Shown: piece by piece, positions 61,663 through 64,000 of the stretch
Layout of the letters: every line of letters begins with the position of its first letter
How positions within the stretch are numbered: the first letter of the stretch is position 1
DNA from: Dehalococcoidia bacterium
Lineage (GTDB): Bacteria > Chloroflexota > Dehalococcoidia > Lucifugimonadales > UBA3495
Assembly: GCA_030740155.1 (NCBI GenBank)
Contig: JASLXV010000038.1
Span: 32,001 to 96,000, forward strand
DNA: 64,000 bases
Direction: 5' to 3'
The notes under the pieces: generated by a model
What the model was told of the DNA's origin: nothing
Databases searched by the model: none
What the model saw: only the letters and a program-made list of their open reading frames with translations
Program-made: the position numbers and the translations under genes

Positions 61663-62763
61663 GTGGGAAAGATGAACGACGTTAGCGGCCTCATGTTGCC
61701 TCACATACGCCGTCTGGAAACCTACGAGGGCGTGCAACCGATGGAGGTCATGGCCCAAAGGGCCGGCATACCCGCGGACCAGGTGATCCGTCTCAACGGG
61801 AACGAGAACCCCTACGGGCCGTCTCCCGGAGTGGTGGAGGCGCTGGGCAGCTTCCCGAACTTCAACCACTACCCCGACCCGGACCAGAGAAAGCTTCGCG
61901 AGGTCCTTGCCGGTTATCTTAGGGTGCCGGCGGAGCAGATCGTGGCCGGGAACGGTAGCGACGAGATCATCGACCTGCTGATGCGGATGTTCGTCGGCCC
62001 CGGCGAGAACATCGTCATCCCGTCCCCCACCTTCGGCATGTACGCCTTCTCGGCGGACATCTGCGGCGGAAAGACCGTCGAGGTGGACCGGGACGAAAGC
62101 TTCGAGATCGACGTGGAGGCGATGAAGCGGGCCGTCACTCCGAAGACCAAGGCGTTCTTCCTCGCCTCGCCCAACAATCCCACGGGAAATATCGCCACCG
62201 AGGCCCAGATTCTAGGCCTGCTGGAGACCGGTCTCCTGGTAGTGGTGGATGAGACCTACTACGAGTTTTGCGGCCACACGGTGCTGCCCCTGCTGCGGGA
62301 GCATCCCAACCTGGTGGTCCTCCGCACCTTCAGCAAGTGGGCCGGGCTCGCCGGGTTGCGCATCGGCCTGGGGGTGATGAATCCGGACCTGGCCAGGGCC
62401 ATGATGAGCATGAAACCCCCGTACAACGTGAACCTGGCCGCCGAGGTGGCCCTGCTGGCCTCGCTCCAAGACATTCCAGGCCTGCTGGGCCGGGTGCGGA
62501 GCATCGTGGCCGAGCGGGACCGGGAGATGGGCCTGCTCCGGGAAATCGAGGGACTGAAGGTTTGGCCCTCCCAGGCCAACTTCATTCTGTGCGGGCTGCC
62601 CGAAGGGAAAGGAAAAGAAATTTTCGATGGTCTTTGCAGCCGGGGCATCTTCCTGCGCTATTTCAGTACCTCGAGGCTGAAGGACCACATCCGGGCCAGC
62701 GTTGGGCTGCCCCACGAGACCGATGCCGTGGTCCGGGCCTTCGCCGAGCTGATCGGCGGGTGA
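61663..62763 (+). CDS. hisC: Histidinol-phosphate aminotransferase
   Basis: LNGNENPY, YPDP, GNGSDE, SPNNPTG, DETY, RTFSKWAGLAGLRIG. Confidence 0.96.
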   Translation: MGKMNDVSGLMLPHIRRLETYEGVQPMEVMAQRAGIPADQVIRLNGNENPYGPSPGVVEALGSFPNFNHYPDPDQRKLREVLAGYLRVPAEQIVAGNGSDEIIDLLMRMFVGPGENIVIPSPTFGMYAFSADICGGKTVEVDRDESFEIDVEAMKRAVTPKTKAFFLASPNNPTGNIATEAQILGLLETGLLVVVDETYYEFCGHTVLPLLREHPNLVVLRTFSKWAGLAGLRIGLGVMNPDLARAMMSMKPPYNVNLAAEVALLASLQDIPGLLGRVRSIVAERDREMGLLREIEGLKVWPSQANFILCGLPEGKGKEIFDGLCSRGIFLRYFSTSRLKDHIRASVGLPHETDAVVRAFAELIGG

Positions 62764-62824
62764 CGGAAATGGGACCAATTGGAACCAACAGGGAGTCTGT
62801 TCTGCAGAGGAGAAACGGTCAAGG

Positions 62825-63658
62825 ATGACCAATAAGGATATTGTCCTGGCAACACTCGGCCAGGCTGAGAAACCCAACTGCGACGATTGCGTCTCAAAGC
62901 GATCCCAAGTCCGGCCCCGTCAGACGGTCAACCAGATTTGTTCATCGCTGGGGCGGCAGGGCATCCTTCGCCGCGAGAAGGTACCCTGCGGCGATTGCGG
63001 GAAGCGGAAGCTGACCAGCATCATCGTTCAGTGCCCGCCGGCAAGCCTGCCTCCCGTCCGGGAGCCGAGGTTGGCGTCCCTGATCCGAGAGACCGGGGAG
63101 ACCAGCGTCAACATCTCCATCAACCTGGATGGAACGGGACGATACAAGGTGGACACCGGCAACGGCTTCCTCGACCACATGATCAGCCAGGTGGCCCGCC
63201 ACGGATTGATTGACATAACGCTGAAGGCCCGGGGCGACGTTCACACCGGGTGGCATCACCTGGTCGAGGATGTGGCGATCATGCTGGGGCGGGCCTTTCG
63301 CGAGGCCCTGGGTGAGGCCCGGGGCATCCGGCGCATGGGCCACGCCATCGTGCCCCTGGACGAGGCGCTGGCGTTGGTGGCCGTGGATTGTAGCGGCCGG
63401 CCCCACGCGGCGGTGGAGACCACCCTGGACGATACCATGGTGGAGACGCTGCCCGGCGACCTGATCCGGCACTTCCTGGAGTCATTCGCCGTCGAGGGCA
63501 GAATCAGCCTGCACGCCAAGGTGCTGGCCGGAGTCAGTCCCCACCACAAGGCTGAGGCCCTGTGCAAAGCCCTGGCCCGGGCCCTGCGGGACGCGCTGGA
63601 GCCGGACCCCAGGGCCCCCGGGCAGGTCCCCAGCACCAAGGGGACCATCGACAGCTAG
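62825..63658 (+). CDS. hisB: Imidazoleglycerol-phosphate dehydratase with Cys-rich N-terminal extension
   Basis: RETGET, FLDHM, HHLVED, PLDEAL, HHKAEA, PSTKG. Confidence 0.94.
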   Translation: MTNKDIVLATLGQAEKPNCDDCVSKRSQVRPRQTVNQICSSLGRQGILRREKVPCGDCGKRKLTSIIVQCPPASLPPVREPRLASLIRETGETSVNISINLDGTGRYKVDTGNGFLDHMISQVARHGLIDITLKARGDVHTGWHHLVEDVAIMLGRAFREALGEARGIRRMGHAIVPLDEALALVAVDCSGRPHAAVETTLDDTMVETLPGDLIRHFLESFAVEGRISLHAKVLAGVSPHHKAEALCKALARALRDALEPDPRAPGQVPSTKGTIDS

Positions 63659-63793
63659 GAGCCAGGCCGGTCTCCGCGAAATGGGCTTACAATACCCGAG
63701 CACGCGACTTGGTCCTTGGCACGGCCTCCTCTCCCTTTGGGAGAGGATTGAGGTGAGGGCGGTGCCGAGGCTCGTGGGCCAAGCCCTTCGCGG

Positions 63794-63961
63794 CTGGCGT
63801 ACCGTCCCGATAATAGCCTTAGAAGGGCGGAACCAGGCGACAACCCTTCTCCGCCCCTGTCTTTCCGGCGCAAGCCGGAACCCAGAAAAGGGCAAGCTGG
63901 ATCCCGGCCTTCGCCGGGATGGCGGGCCGGGTATCAAGCCATTTGCGGGACACTACACAAG
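63794..63961. mobile_element. Degenerate inverted copy of the 59694-59859 MITE-like element
   Basis: 63898-63961 aligns with the reverse complement of 59694-59758; length 168 vs 166 bp. Confidence 0.65.
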
Positions 63962-64000
63962 GGCCTTGTGCGGGTGAACGGCTGCCCTGCGTCGTCACCC

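Overview
High-GC bacterial chromosome segment. Gene content and order (rpsL-rpsG-fusA joined directly to rpsJ with no tuf, alpha2-type GlyRS, paralogous acyl-CoA dehydrogenases and SDRs) suggest a Chloroflexota/Dehalococcoidia, SAR202-like organism; this is inference. In order: a hydantoinase/oxoprolinase A-B pair; a reverse-strand catabolic block (MmgE/PrpD, two acyl-CoA dehydrogenases, YHS protein) and pncB; a SAM-I riboswitch-led operon mtnA-mtnP-rhodanese-ahcY-metK; SCP2-like and divergent IlvC-like genes; a phosphoglucomutase; the str-S10-spc-alpha ribosomal supercluster (about 18.1-39.7 kb, minus strand); a cobalamin-riboswitch cluster cbiE-cobN-cbtB-cbtA-chlI/D fusion; glyQS; a MazF-type TA pair and a small AT-richer islet; birA; three SDRs; and a his operon. 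The most unusual items are in the his operon: a HisZ-like protein paired with a long-form HisG, a Zn-phospholipase-C-fold gene inside the operon, and a Cys-rich domain fused to HisB. Intergenic spaces carry several short repeat families, including a 96-bp GTAG-REP tandem array and CTAG-bounded MITE-like elements. No CRISPR array, tRNA, rRNA or transposase was found. All calls are by eye, without database searches, and some start codons are uncertain.
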